Part shown: positions 31,013 through 41,142 of the stretch, piece after piece
Numbering within the stretch: the first letter of the stretch is position 1
How the letters are laid out: each line of letters begins with the position of its first letter
IMG/VR virus record: IMGVR_UViG_3300010148_000009
DNA: 64,000 nt
DNA from: an uncultured virus (IMG/VR IMGVR_UViG_3300010148_000009)
Lineage: Duplodnaviria; Heunggongvirae; Uroviricota; Caudoviricetes
Direction: 5' to 3' (one strand)
The notes under the pieces: model-generated
The model's input: only the letters and a program-made list of their open reading frames with translations
Told to the model about the DNA's origin: nothing
Databases searched by the model: none
Translations under genes and position numbers: made by a program

Positions 31013-34000
31013 TCATCGTTCCCCTTTTGGATCTAATATATTAAGTGGGTCGATAAACCCTTTTAAAGCTTTAGATAACGCTTCTAATATCACCGCGTCG
31101 CTAAGTATTTCCGTAATTTGTTTCATTAATACTGGCCCTAACATTCCCTCTATAACATCATTGTTAAAGTTAAAGTTTACTTCTCCTCTTATTGCATGAT
31201 TAAATACAACCTGTTCCATAGTCAATTTCAATTTATCTGGAAGTTCCTGGATTGAACTTGTTAAATTTTGTATTACTTCTACTTCTACTATACTAACCTT
31301 TATTGGATTTTGGACTCCTGGTGGATCTTGAGGGTCTGGTGGTAAAGGACCAGGCGTGGCAGGTAATCCTGGTGTAGCTCCAGTTCCTATAACTGCATTT
31401 GCTAAATTATTAATAGACTGAGTTATGGGCCCGTCCTTCCCTAACTGACTTTTTACTGTGTCTAAATGGTTAGCCATTAAATCGGATTTATCCGCTACAT
31501 TTGCTAATATTGCATTTGTAGTAATTAAAGAGTCGGGTTCAAGTTTTAATTCCAAATCCTCAGGAAGGAATTTTTCAAAAAGACGTTCAATATAAGCTTC
31601 TGTATTATCCACCTTTTTTTTGTCGTCCCTAAGTCGATCTATAGCTGCCTCAAAAGATTTAGCTAAATCAGAGTTTCCTTTACCAGCAGCCCTAAGCTCA
31701 GTTATGATTTGGTCTAATTTAGCCTCAGCTACGATATAATTAGCGTCATTATTGGATACTCCAGTAAACATTTGTCCCTCAATTCCAGTCCTTTGCTCTA
31801 AATCTCTTGCAATCATAATTGATTTAGCTGCTTCTTGAAACACCGTGTCCAGGCCATTGAGAAGCATACTTCCTGGTTGTGCGGTAGTTGCCCTCTCTAT
31901 ATCACTCCGACTAAATCTATCTGCCGCATCATTAATTTGAAGTAAATCTTCTCCAGTTGGCAATGGCCCAGCTCCTATTCTATTAATTCTATCCTGTGAT
32001 ATTTGAGCTTGTTGTAGCATAAATTCTCTTTGCCTTCTAGCTTCAGATAATTCATTCTGTCTTATTTGTCTTTGTATTAATTCATTAGCTTGCCGCGATA
32101 ACATAGCGCCCGCTCTGCCAGTGTTAGCTTGATCCTTTGCAAATCTTTCTATTTCTTTTAAAGTTATATTTCCATCGGAGTTTAATCTAATAAATTCGCC
32201 AAAATTTTCAGCTAAAATTTTTCTTTCTTCCTCGCTTGCATCTTGCTGCAATTGATTTGCTTTTTCGATTGTATTAGGTGCAGAACTCTTATTGCCTTCT
32301 CCATCCACACTAAACAGTTTTTTCATGTCATCTCCTAATAAAATATCTTCGACTTTTATAGAGCTCGTAACTAACCCAACTAAATCTGATTTCAATTTTA
32401 TATTGCTTTCGGCGCCTTCAGTTCTTTCTCTTATTACAAATTCTCTTCTTAAAGCTTCATCTTTAGATATTCTACCTGTTGATTCTAAAAATTGATTTCC
32501 AGAACTTAAAAATGATGACATATCTTCCAGAGCTTGACTTGCAAGTTCAACGTTATTATTAAACCTTGTCATCGATAAAGCTAATGTATCTTGAGTGCTT
32601 GCTAATCTTTCTAGTACTTTATTATAATCATTAAGGTTGTCTTGAATACCTTTGTCTCTATCTCCTGCTTTAGACAATTGGTCTTCTGAAGATTGTATTA
32701 ATCTGTCTCGTTTTTGCGTCTCTGTTTCCAATACTTTTAATAATGCATCACGCAAAACACTCCCATCCACTTCAGTTGCGCTTGCTAGTTGATCTGCCAT
32801 ACCCGAAAAATTGTTATCTCTTAGAAATTGATCTAATGTCCCGTCTTTAGTTCCTCTCCGTTCTATTTCATTTTTTATAGTACTTAATTGATCAGCTTCA
32901 GCCATTCTTTCTATAACTTTTAATGTTGACGACAGTAAATTACTATCTTTTGCTCTTTCGGTAATTACATCAGAGCTAAGCGCTTGACCTTGTTCATCTT
33001 TTACCAAATTTTCTACATTTTTTATTAATGATAAAAATTCTTTTCCATATTGTCCGCTTGAAAACACATCTCCAAAATTTTTATTTCCACTTAATAAATC
33101 AGCTACGTCAAGTGTAGATTTATCTAAAGCACCTTCAATACTTGGTAAAATTTGTCTATTTGCCAGATCCAAAGCCTCATTTTCTCTTCCATAAAAAGGA
33201 TCATTTATTTCATTCATTTGATCTTGAGTTACTATTCCGCTTTCAACAGAGTCTTTTCCAAACATCGAACCTATAATCCCTTCAGAAAAATCCTGTATAA
33301 ATGAAACAACTGGTACTGCGTTCAAGACAGCTTCACCTGTATTCATAAATCCCTCTGCATCCCTAATCTCAGGAAATAATCTTCCATCTTTATAATAAGG
33401 GTCTACAAGCCTCTGTCTTGTGAGAGTTAGAAACTCATCCGTTCCACTTTGAATATTTTCATCTTTAGATAGTGCTTCTGATAGCTCAAGTGCAGCTTTT
33501 GTTGTTGCTGAATCTCTGCCTAATTTAGTTAGCGCATCTCCAACCATTCCTAATTTTTCTGCTGCTGATAAACTTGAATCTCTAACTCCTTCCATTTGCT
33601 CTCTAAGTTCGTCATTATTTATGGAAGCTATAGAATCACTTAATTCATCTCTAGCTTTTATTTCTGCGTCAAAATTCCCTGTTTCGATAGATTGCTGCAC
33701 TTGCGCTATTGACTGACCTAGTTTATCTACAGCTCTTGTATCATCCATTATTTTATCTAATTCAATTTTAGATGCTTTTATTTCTTCAAACATTTCTGCT
33801 TGAATTTCTCTTTGCCCAGAATTTCCTATGGCACTTAATGTGCCAACACCAGCAGCTATAGCTAATCCCTTTACCCCAAATAATGCACCGTAGCTCGCTG
33901 TATCAGCAATTTCGGCAAATCCACCCCTCGCTGCTCCCAATTCTCTTTCATCTCTATTTCCTCGTATAGAGCTTGATATCATTGGTAAAGCAAACATTGC

Positions 34001-37000
34001 GGCCATTGACATAGTTGCCATTCTTTGATTTCTCGCGTCTGCTACTGATTGTCTTTGATTGACGCCTTGCATTCTGTTCTCTGCCGCTGTTAATGTATTT
34101 TGAGCTTTTGTTATATTTCCTTTGCGGTGCCCTATGGATCCTCTATTATGAGGATCGCCGCTGTTTATTACATCCATATTGCTTTTTACCGCACGTTTAC
34201 TTCGCCGTAAGGAGTTCTCTGAGGTTTTTAATTTTTGCTCCATACTGTCCAATTTGGTTTGCATTTGAGTTACGGCGCCACCGTGAACTCCTTGCATTCT
34301 GCCTTTATAATCTTTAATCTGTCGCCTTCTTTCTTCAACTACCGCTGATCTTCTATCCATTAACTTAGTATTCTGTTTTAATCTTTCTTTATTTTCTTGA
34401 ACATTTTTAGTATGGTCTGCATTTTTTTGGTTTGCTTCGCTTAACTTTTGCTTTTGTTCTTCTAATTTTGTTGTTGCGTCATCAATTGCTTTTTGATATG
34501 GAGCAGTGTTTATTTGTGAGGCTCCAAAAATATTACCTTCTCTGAATGGACTTCCAACAGCAGAGGCTGCTTTTTTTAAAAAATCAGGGGTGAAGTTTGG
34601 TATATACCCATTTACCATTCCTTGCATTTTTCTGGAATTTTGGATAGCTTTTTTCATTCCCTCTGGATGATCTCTTCTTACATCTGCAAAATTCTTTTGT
34701 GTTCTTCTATCTCTAACATACGCCCCAATTTTTGAATTGTAATCTAATATAGGGTCTCCCCCAAACTGCTTTTCAGCCTCAAAGGCTCTACTTAAAGCTG
34801 GCACAAGACCCCCAGCTGCATTTGTTGGAGCTCCGAATTTCCTTCTAGCATTTAAAGCCATCATCCCCTGGGTTTTTCTGTCCTTACTAGACATTCCTTT
34901 TGAGGAGGTTGGTAGATTGATTACTTTTTTATTAAAGTCTCTTTTTGTGTCTGGTGATAAGCCTATTTTTGCATCTGCAAATGGAGTATAATATCCAAAT
35001 AAAGTTTGAAGCTTTTTATCTGGCAATCCAGATATGTCAAATCCAGCATTGTTTGTAGTAAATAATTTGTTTTTACCAATTGACTGTATCGCCGTTTCAA
35101 ATATAGTTCCAGCGGCTGACCCTACGCTACCTGCATTGGCTAGTCCCTTTATAGGTCTATTATTTGCAGAAAATTTACCAGCTCCAGACATATCGGAAGC
35201 TAATTTAGTAGACTCAGATATCATTAAGTCTTTCATTCTTCCTCTTAATCTTTTTTCCGTCCCTTTTAATTTTGAAGGTTTTAATCCTTCAGCTCTATAC
35301 CTTAATCTAAAATTTGTGCCATCTGGCTTTTTAAATGTTGTGTCAACTTTTTTTCTAAAATTTTCTGTAGCAACAAGCATTGTAGCTTGTCTAGATGCAT
35401 CGATTGTTGGCATCTCATTCCTAGTCTGTTTTCTTGTGGCCTGGGCGGCTGCTATATTTTCTTTTGAGTTTACAGCTTTAAAACCAAGTATTGCTGCTGA
35501 ATCTTCCTTAAAATCTTTTAACTCAAGTCCTTTTTTATCTCCTAAGTTTATAGACTTTCCATCTTTTAATCTATTAATTCTTTGAGTTGATAAAAAACCT
35601 AACTTTGTATTTAATCCTGCTGCAAAGTTTGGAATTAAACCTTTTGCGTAACTTTTGTATATATTGTCTCCCTTACCCTTGACCATTGCGGTTGTTAAAT
35701 CTTCTATGTCGATCCTCTCTTTCCGAACTCCAGGCATAAACTCACTTGGCTTTCCATCCACAAACCTCCTAAACTCATCTCTTTTGAAATCTTTATTTAC
35801 TTTGTCCCTTAGGTCCTTTAAGCTTTGAAATCTAAAAGATTCCCCATTTGGTAAAGAAATTCTTCCAGTTGTTGAATAACCATCTTTTAATCTATATTGT
35901 AGCTGTGGGAAAGCATGTATTAAATCTTCAAAATTTGTTCTAGATCCTTTTTTTGATAGTCTTTGTGGACTTACGCTTATGCTGAATGAAGACCCTTTTT
36001 GTTGCATAAATCTATCAAAAAGTAAATTAGCATCCCCCTTTCTTTGCGAGTTTAAAAACGTAATATCTTTACCTTCGTATTTTAGTGAAGAAGCTGTACC
36101 TTTAATATATTTAAGTCTTTCTTTATTTGGTCCGCCCGTCATGATATCAACCAATTTTCCGCTACCCCCCATTGGTCTTGCTAAATTAGGAATAAATCCA
36201 GAAGCTCTACTAAAAAATTTAGAAGCTTTACTAAATCTACCACGCCCTGTTCTCTCTACACTTATAGATTTTATTCCCTCTTTTATAGAGTCTTTTACTT
36301 TTTTTGATAATTTTCCTGATGTACCTGCCTCAGTTTGTTTTACAACACCTGCGGCTGATAATCTTCCACCTTTTGTTTTTGGAGTAAAAAATCTCAATAT
36401 TTTGTCAGCTATTGAGTTTTTATGTATGCTAGTTCTATTAGGTTTTGCGTCTCCATATGGAGTGGCCCAATTAAAAAGATTGTCTCTTTTGACATCTGGA
36501 TTGAGAAAATCAAAAGTAGCTGTATCACTTCGAAATACTTTAGATTTTAAAACAGAGGCAATTGCTTTTTCTTGTATCCTTCCTTTTGTCGTACCAGCTT
36601 CTGTATTTGTAATTGGTTTAATCGGAGATCCTTCAAATTTCCCTCCATCAGATAATTGTATTGCAGTTTGTTCAGCTCCCTGTTTTATTAGAGATTTAGC
36701 TAATTCGTTTGAAGAATTAGAAATTGACCGTTTACCCGAAATTTTATTTGGGCCTTTGGTAGCAAATTTCACTTCAAATTTAGTTCCCGCAACGGATGCC
36801 GATCCACTTGCTGGGGCTGATGCTCTTGTAGGCACAAGCATTGTTACCAGCTTTGTAAAATCAAGTTTTTCTTTTGCTTTTTTACTTCCTTTGGGCCTTC
36901 CTGGCTTATTAAAATTTGGAACAAATCCAGAAGATACATTTATCTTTTTTGCTTCCTTTGGTAACCCAAATTTTTTAATCATTTCTCTGTTAAATATTGC

Positions 37001-38851
37001 ATCTCCCCCACTTCCAGCAAAATCTTTTACCACAAACTCTCCAGTATTAGCTACAATTTGTTGGCTTTTTCCAGCAGCAGTATTTATTCTCATAGGAACT
37101 GGTTTATCTCCCCGCCTTGCTCCACCAATACCCTGATTAATGTCAGACATTTCTTTATTCATGGCTGGTAGAAATCCAGAAGCAAGACCTAAAGTTTTTT
37201 TCCCGATTTTCTTAGTTCCTCGTTTGCCCATTGGCACAAAACCAGATTCTCCAGCTCCAATTCCTCTAAGCGTAGTTGAGGCCGCCATCCTTTTTATCAT
37301 AGCTTCTTGCTTTACTCTTTCAGCTGTTTCCTGCTTAATTAAGTTTAATAAAATTTGTTCTTGTCTAACTGAATTTCCGCTAGCCGCTAAAATTTGATTA
37401 TATAAATTTGCATTATTGGATAATGTAGCGCCTATTGCAGCCTGTAAAGACTGTTGTCTTTTAGCTTCTTTATTTATTCCAAGTAAATCTGAAAATGCGT
37501 CTTTCGCAAATTTTCCAACTAATCCAAAAATTTTAATAAATGCAGCTCCAAGTATAACTAAACCTGGACCAGTTAGAAAGTTTCCAATTCCCCTAACCAA
37601 GCTTCTTCCTAATTCTGAACCTTTGTCTTCAGATAAAAATTCATTAAATGATTGAGCTAAATTATTTAAAAAACTTAATATTTCTTTAAAGTTCCCAGAT
37701 AAAGCTATTTCTCCAATCGAAGCGGCTAGTTCCTTGGCGCTTAAACTTGTTTGCGTAAAAGCTGCTGATAATGTTTTATTAAGTTCAGCATTCCTTTTTG
37801 TAGCTTCGTTGGTGGTATTATTAGCTATACCTAAAGCTCTATTAAATACTGAATAACCACTATTCAAATCTTGGATTAGAGCTTGTAAATTTTGTATTTG
37901 AAAAACACCAGCTATTTGTTCCGATGTAAAAGATTTCTGAGCGTCTGTTAACGTTTGATATACTTTTGCATAATCTTTTAGTATAGATATTGAAGATCTA
38001 AATGACCCATCGTTATTTTTTGTTGCGACTCCTATATCTTCTAATGTTTCTCTTACCCTGCTCCTTTTAATTCTTGTAAAAATACTTTTAAATCCATTAC
38101 CAATAACGGCACCACCCCTAGCTGTTCTTTGTTGAACTGCTGTAACTATAGCTGCCAACTCGTTGAATTGAACTCCAGATGACTGCGCAACAGCACCCGC
38201 TCTAGATATAGCTTCAGCTAAATCTGCAGATGATACAGCGAAAGAAGCGTCCACATTAGCCATTCTATTGACTATTTGTTCATGGGTAATACCTTCTTTA
38301 TTAAAAGAGTTGATTGCTGCCGTTAAAGCTTCTGTAGATTTTACGGTATCTAATCCTGACAACCTACTTAGAACAAGAGCTGAATTAACCCTAGCTAGAG
38401 TTTCTTCAGCTGATAAACCTTGACGAGCCAATTCAATCGCAGAATTTGCTACTAATTGAAAATTTGTAGCTGTGTTTCTAGCAACATCAAAAATACCTTG
38501 ACCAAATTGTTTTATAGTGGAGTTTGATACATCCATAACAACCTGCACGTCTTTTAAAGCTTTTTCAACTTCAGCTGCTGAGGCAACTAGAGCTTTAAAT
38601 GCATCAGATACTCCATTAATAATACCTACTGCGGCACCAAATGCAAATACACGAGCAGCCGATGCATCCATCGATTTTTGAAATTCACTTGCAGAATTTG
38701 TTATTCTCCCTAATGGTTGAGTAAAACCTCTATGGTTTAAGGTTGGGGACATTTGCATCCTATTGACTTGCCTTTGGGCCTGTTGAGCCTGTGAGACTAT
38801 ACTCTGCCTATAGCCCCCCGCGCTTGTAGGGATGTTTACTGTGCTTGCCAT
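31013..38851 (-). CDS. Tail tape measure protein (TP901-like core) with inserted modules
   Basis: 2612 aa; N-terminal ELARQG..SRLSGLD..LAEAISRAG..GNGFKSIFTRI; long helical/coiled-coil regions. Confidence 0.9.
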   Translation of the reverse strand: MASTVNIPTSAGGYRQSIVSQAQQAQRQVNRMQMSPTLNHRGFTQPLGRITNSASEFQKSMDASAARVFAFGAAVGIINGVSDAFKALVASAAEVEKALKDVQVVMDVSNSTIKQFGQGIFDVARNTATNFQLVANSAIELARQGLSAEETLARVNSALVLSRLSGLDTVKSTEALTAAINSFNKEGITHEQIVNRMANVDASFAVSSADLAEAISRAGAVAQSSGVQFNELAAIVTAVQQRTARGGAVIGNGFKSIFTRIKRSRVRETLEDIGVATKNNDGSFRSSISILKDYAKVYQTLTDAQKSFTSEQIAGVFQIQNLQALIQDLNSGYSVFNRALGIANNTTNEATKRNAELNKTLSAAFTQTSLSAKELAASIGEIALSGNFKEILSFLNNLAQSFNEFLSEDKGSELGRSLVRGIGNFLTGPGLVILGAAFIKIFGLVGKFAKDAFSDLLGINKEAKRQQSLQAAIGATLSNNANLYNQILAASGNSVRQEQILLNLIKQETAERVKQEAMIKRMAASTTLRGIGAGESGFVPMGKRGTKKIGKKTLGLASGFLPAMNKEMSDINQGIGGARRGDKPVPMRINTAAGKSQQIVANTGEFVVKDFAGSGGDAIFNREMIKKFGLPKEAKKINVSSGFVPNFNKPGRPKGSKKAKEKLDFTKLVTMLVPTRASAPASGSASVAGTKFEVKFATKGPNKISGKRSISNSSNELAKSLIKQGAEQTAIQLSDGGKFEGSPIKPITNTEAGTTKGRIQEKAIASVLKSKVFRSDTATFDFLNPDVKRDNLFNWATPYGDAKPNRTSIHKNSIADKILRFFTPKTKGGRLSAAGVVKQTEAGTSGKLSKKVKDSIKEGIKSISVERTGRGRFSKASKFFSRASGFIPNLARPMGGSGKLVDIMTGGPNKERLKYIKGTASSLKYEGKDITFLNSQRKGDANLLFDRFMQQKGSSFSISVSPQRLSKKGSRTNFEDLIHAFPQLQYRLKDGYSTTGRISLPNGESFRFQSLKDLRDKVNKDFKRDEFRRFVDGKPSEFMPGVRKERIDIEDLTTAMVKGKGDNIYKSYAKGLIPNFAAGLNTKLGFLSTQRINRLKDGKSINLGDKKGLELKDFKEDSAAILGFKAVNSKENIAAAQATRKQTRNEMPTIDASRQATMLVATENFRKKVDTTFKKPDGTNFRLRYRAEGLKPSKLKGTEKRLRGRMKDLMISESTKLASDMSGAGKFSANNRPIKGLANAGSVGSAAGTIFETAIQSIGKNKLFTTNNAGFDISGLPDKKLQTLFGYYTPFADAKIGLSPDTKRDFNKKVINLPTSSKGMSSKDRKTQGMMALNARRKFGAPTNAAGGLVPALSRAFEAEKQFGGDPILDYNSKIGAYVRDRRTQKNFADVRRDHPEGMKKAIQNSRKMQGMVNGYIPNFTPDFLKKAASAVGSPFREGNIFGASQINTAPYQKAIDDATTKLEEQKQKLSEANQKNADHTKNVQENKERLKQNTKLMDRRSAVVEERRRQIKDYKGRMQGVHGGAVTQMQTKLDSMEQKLKTSENSLRRSKRAVKSNMDVINSGDPHNRGSIGHRKGNITKAQNTLTAAENRMQGVNQRQSVADARNQRMATMSMAAMFALPMISSSIRGNRDERELGAARGGFAEIADTASYGALFGVKGLAIAAGVGTLSAIGNSGQREIQAEMFEEIKASKIELDKIMDDTRAVDKLGQSIAQVQQSIETGNFDAEIKARDELSDSIASINNDELREQMEGVRDSSLSAAEKLGMVGDALTKLGRDSATTKAALELSEALSKDENIQSGTDEFLTLTRQRLVDPYYKDGRLFPEIRDAEGFMNTGEAVLNAVPVVSFIQDFSEGIIGSMFGKDSVESGIVTQDQMNEINDPFYGRENEALDLANRQILPSIEGALDKSTLDVADLLSGNKNFGDVFSSGQYGKEFLSLIKNVENLVKDEQGQALSSDVITERAKDSNLLSSTLKVIERMAEADQLSTIKNEIERRGTKDGTLDQFLRDNNFSGMADQLASATEVDGSVLRDALLKVLETETQKRDRLIQSSEDQLSKAGDRDKGIQDNLNDYNKVLERLASTQDTLALSMTRFNNNVELASQALEDMSSFLSSGNQFLESTGRISKDEALRREFVIRERTEGAESNIKLKSDLVGLVTSSIKVEDILLGDDMKKLFSVDGEGNKSSAPNTIEKANQLQQDASEEERKILAENFGEFIRLNSDGNITLKEIERFAKDQANTGRAGAMLSRQANELIQRQIRQNELSEARRQREFMLQQAQISQDRINRIGAGPLPTGEDLLQINDAADRFSRSDIERATTAQPGSMLLNGLDTVFQEAAKSIMIARDLEQRTGIEGQMFTGVSNNDANYIVAEAKLDQIITELRAAGKGNSDLAKSFEAAIDRLRDDKKKVDNTEAYIERLFEKFLPEDLELKLEPDSLITTNAILANVADKSDLMANHLDTVKSQLGKDGPITQSINNLANAVIGTGATPGLPATPGPLPPDPQDPPGVQNPIKVSIVEVEVIQNLTSSIQELPDKLKLTMEQVVFNHAIRGEVNFNFNNDVIEGMLGPVLMKQITEILSDAVILEALSKALKGFIDPLNILDPKGER

Positions 38852-38883
38852 AAATACCTTATACCTGTGTAAAATTAATTACA

Positions 38884-39885
38884 CTATTTTTTATGCATTT
38901 TCATAAAATCTTCCATACTTAGGTCGCCACCCTTATCCTCAGCCATACTATGTATATCTTTAGTTCCCCTTTTGTCGATACCCATATTTTCAAGATCCTT
39001 GGCTTTTGCTTTTGCAAATGAAAAACCATCCGAGCTTTGAGCTTTTTGAGAAACTTCCTCTGCTCTTTTCTTTTTGTTTTTTACGTCTTCAATATGTTTT
39101 AATATAGCGTCAGCATCATTTCTTATGTTTTCTGGTATTTCATGATTCTCAAATATCTTATTAAACATCTTTGCGTAATTTAATAAATTTATTTGGTAAA
39201 AACTTAACTCCATTGGATGAATTTTAAAAAATCCAGTTAAATCATCAGAGAATAAATTAAATATACTAAAAAAGAAACTACTAATTGAAATTTGTTTTAA
39301 ATTCTTTTCAGAAAAATCTTTTAAAGTTTTATTGTATGTTGTATATAAATCAGATAAATCTTGCGAATCTATTTCGTCAAATTCTTCAGAAGTATAAAAT
39401 TCTTCTTTAAGTTCCTTGTCTTTAAATAAACAATGCCTGACAAACATCTCATTGCTTTTTCTGTCTGCGTATTTTTCAGCGGTGTTTTTGAGCAAAGAGT
39501 CTCTTTTGTCTATAACCCCCGATATTTCTTCATCTATTTCATCAATTCTTTTTTGTATCGGCTTTTTTTCCGCTTCCAATAGCAAATTAGAAATTGTTTT
39601 CTTAAGATTTTTTAATTCGTTTTCTTTTTTAAATAGTTCGTCTGCATCTTTTTTAGTCCAAACCTCTTCCTTATCTAATAGCTCTAATAATTCTTTTTCC
39701 TCCATTACTCCCATATTTTTGCTTTTTTCGAAAAAGCTTTGGTAGTAATAGTTTAATTTCTCAATATCAGGAGTATTAGCGTGTCTTACAGAGCAAGGTT
39801 TTCCGCCTACTTCTGTTTCGGAAAAACCTAATCTTATTTTTTGGAATAAATTTGCTAAAAACTTAGGATCTTTTTCATCAGGCAT
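38884..39885 (-). CDS. Putative tail assembly chaperone-like protein
   Basis: Charged helical protein immediately upstream of the tape measure gene. Confidence 0.5.
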   Translation of the reverse strand: MPDEKDPKFLANLFQKIRLGFSETEVGGKPCSVRHANTPDIEKLNYYYQSFFEKSKNMGVMEEKELLELLDKEEVWTKKDADELFKKENELKNLKKTISNLLLEAEKKPIQKRIDEIDEEISGVIDKRDSLLKNTAEKYADRKSNEMFVRHCLFKDKELKEEFYTSEEFDEIDSQDLSDLYTTYNKTLKDFSEKNLKQISISSFFFSIFNLFSDDLTGFFKIHPMELSFYQINLLNYAKMFNKIFENHEIPENIRNDADAILKHIEDVKNKKKRAEEVSQKAQSSDGFSFAKAKAKDLENMGIDKRGTKDIHSMAEDKGGDLSMEDFMKMHKK

Positions 39886-40735
39886 TTGATTCTACTAAAT
39901 CTTCAACATCTTCGGTATCCTTAGCTTCTTCTTCGCTTTTATCCTTTTTCATTTCGTTTAAGATTTTATCCAGAGCGGCTCTTTCTTGTTCTCCGCTAAT
40001 ATACCAAACTGTAACTATAGACGAAAGCTTGTCTATGCATCTTTCAAATAATTCATCCCTAGACTCTTCTTTACTTTCGTACTCTTTATACTTTTCCTCA
40101 AAATCATCACCTTCAAACATTTTCTCAAAAGGAGCGTCATCACTCTCTCCTTCAACAAAATAAGTTAAATTTAATATATACCACATGATGGTTCTGTTTC
40201 TAGCCTTAACGTCAGCGGTATGATCAAATAATGAATTTTGAACCATTTCATATTCTGTTAATTCACGCTTTGCGTCTGACATTTCTTTCATGGCTGTTTC
40301 AAGCTTTTCTTGTTGTCTTTTTGATAATTTTCCATTATCACTCAATATTGAAAATTGTTGAACTTCAATTTGCTTTTGATGCATTTTATAAAGTAACTCA
40401 GCATATAACTTTTGTTCTTTTTCAGACCAAACTCCACCCTGATTACCATATTGCTTTGCAAGCATAGCTTTAGTTAAAAGACCCATTTTAATAAACCTGT
40501 TTAGCTCCAAACTGTAAAACATATCCCCGTCTTCCAACTCGCTTCTGTTTGGCTTTTTAACATGTACATTAAAAGGAACTTCTTTGTTTACCTTTACCAT
40601 CTCTTTAGAGGTTATCACTTCCATCTTACCAGTTTCCTGATTTTTTCTTTTGGACTTTTTCTCAACCTCTTCCTCAATCTCCTTCTCAATACTAATTGGG
40701 AAAGAATACAATGTGTTTTTTTCGTTTATAATCAT
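39878..40735 (-). CDS. Putative tail assembly chaperone-like protein
   Basis: Between tail tube and tape measure genes; weakly similar to its neighbour (MG..VW..K..coiled coil..TA). Confidence 0.5.
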   Translation of the reverse strand: MIINEKNTLYSFPISIEKEIEEEVEKKSKRKNQETGKMEVITSKEMVKVNKEVPFNVHVKKPNRSELEDGDMFYSLELNRFIKMGLLTKAMLAKQYGNQGGVWSEKEQKLYAELLYKMHQKQIEVQQFSILSDNGKLSKRQQEKLETAMKEMSDAKRELTEYEMVQNSLFDHTADVKARNRTIMWYILNLTYFVEGESDDAPFEKMFEGDDFEEKYKEYESKEESRDELFERCIDKLSSIVTVWYISGEQERAALDKILNEMKKDKSEEEAKDTEDVEDLVESNA

Positions 40736-40774
40736 AATTACCTTATACCTTTATTTATATATTAAAAATAAAAT

Positions 40775-41059
40775 TTACTTTTTAAAGTTAATCTCAAAAT
40801 TTTCCATATATGAAAAAATTTCTCTTCGAACATCATTTCCAGAGTCCAGTATTTTTTTTCTTAAATGGTTTAACTGAGCCTCATCCAAATACTCGGCTTG
40901 GCTTAATAATTTCTCTTGCTCAGGAATAGACTCTTTTAGTTTTTTAAACTGATGCTTGTGGTCTTCACTCAAATCCTCTATCATAATCAAAAAAGATTTA
41001 TATAGATTAGTTATTGAGCGAAGTACCTGAAATTCAAATAATTCTCTTTCAGACTTCAT
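40775..41059 (-). CDS. Hypothetical protein
   Basis: 94-aa ORF preceded by GTGTA and AGGTATAAGGTA motifs. Confidence 0.7.
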   Translation of the reverse strand: MKSERELFEFQVLRSITNLYKSFLIMIEDLSEDHKHQFKKLKESIPEQEKLLSQAEYLDEAQLNHLRKKILDSGNDVRREIFSYMENFEINFKK

Positions 41060-41090
41060 ATTTTACCTTATACCTTATGTGTAAATACAC

Positions 41091-41123
41091 AAAAAAGCCC
41101 TGGGTGGGAAACCCAGAGCTTTT
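41091..41123 (-). terminator. Rho-independent terminator after the tail tube gene
   Basis: Minus strand GCTCTGGGT-TTCCC-ACCCAGGGC-TTTTTT. Confidence 0.8.
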
Positions 41124-41142
41124 AAGTAGAATAAAATTATTC

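Noticed and set aside
35034..37655. Long plus-strand ORFs (e.g. 385 aa at 35979..37136)
   Set aside because: Antisense shadows of the tape measure gene with no start signals or recognisable motifs. The same applies to the shadows over the capsid, tail tube and scaffold genes.
39860..39930. Programmed -1 frameshift between the two tail-chaperone-like genes
   Set aside because: No X-XXY-YYZ slippery site is seen near the junction, and the second gene has its own overlapping ATG.
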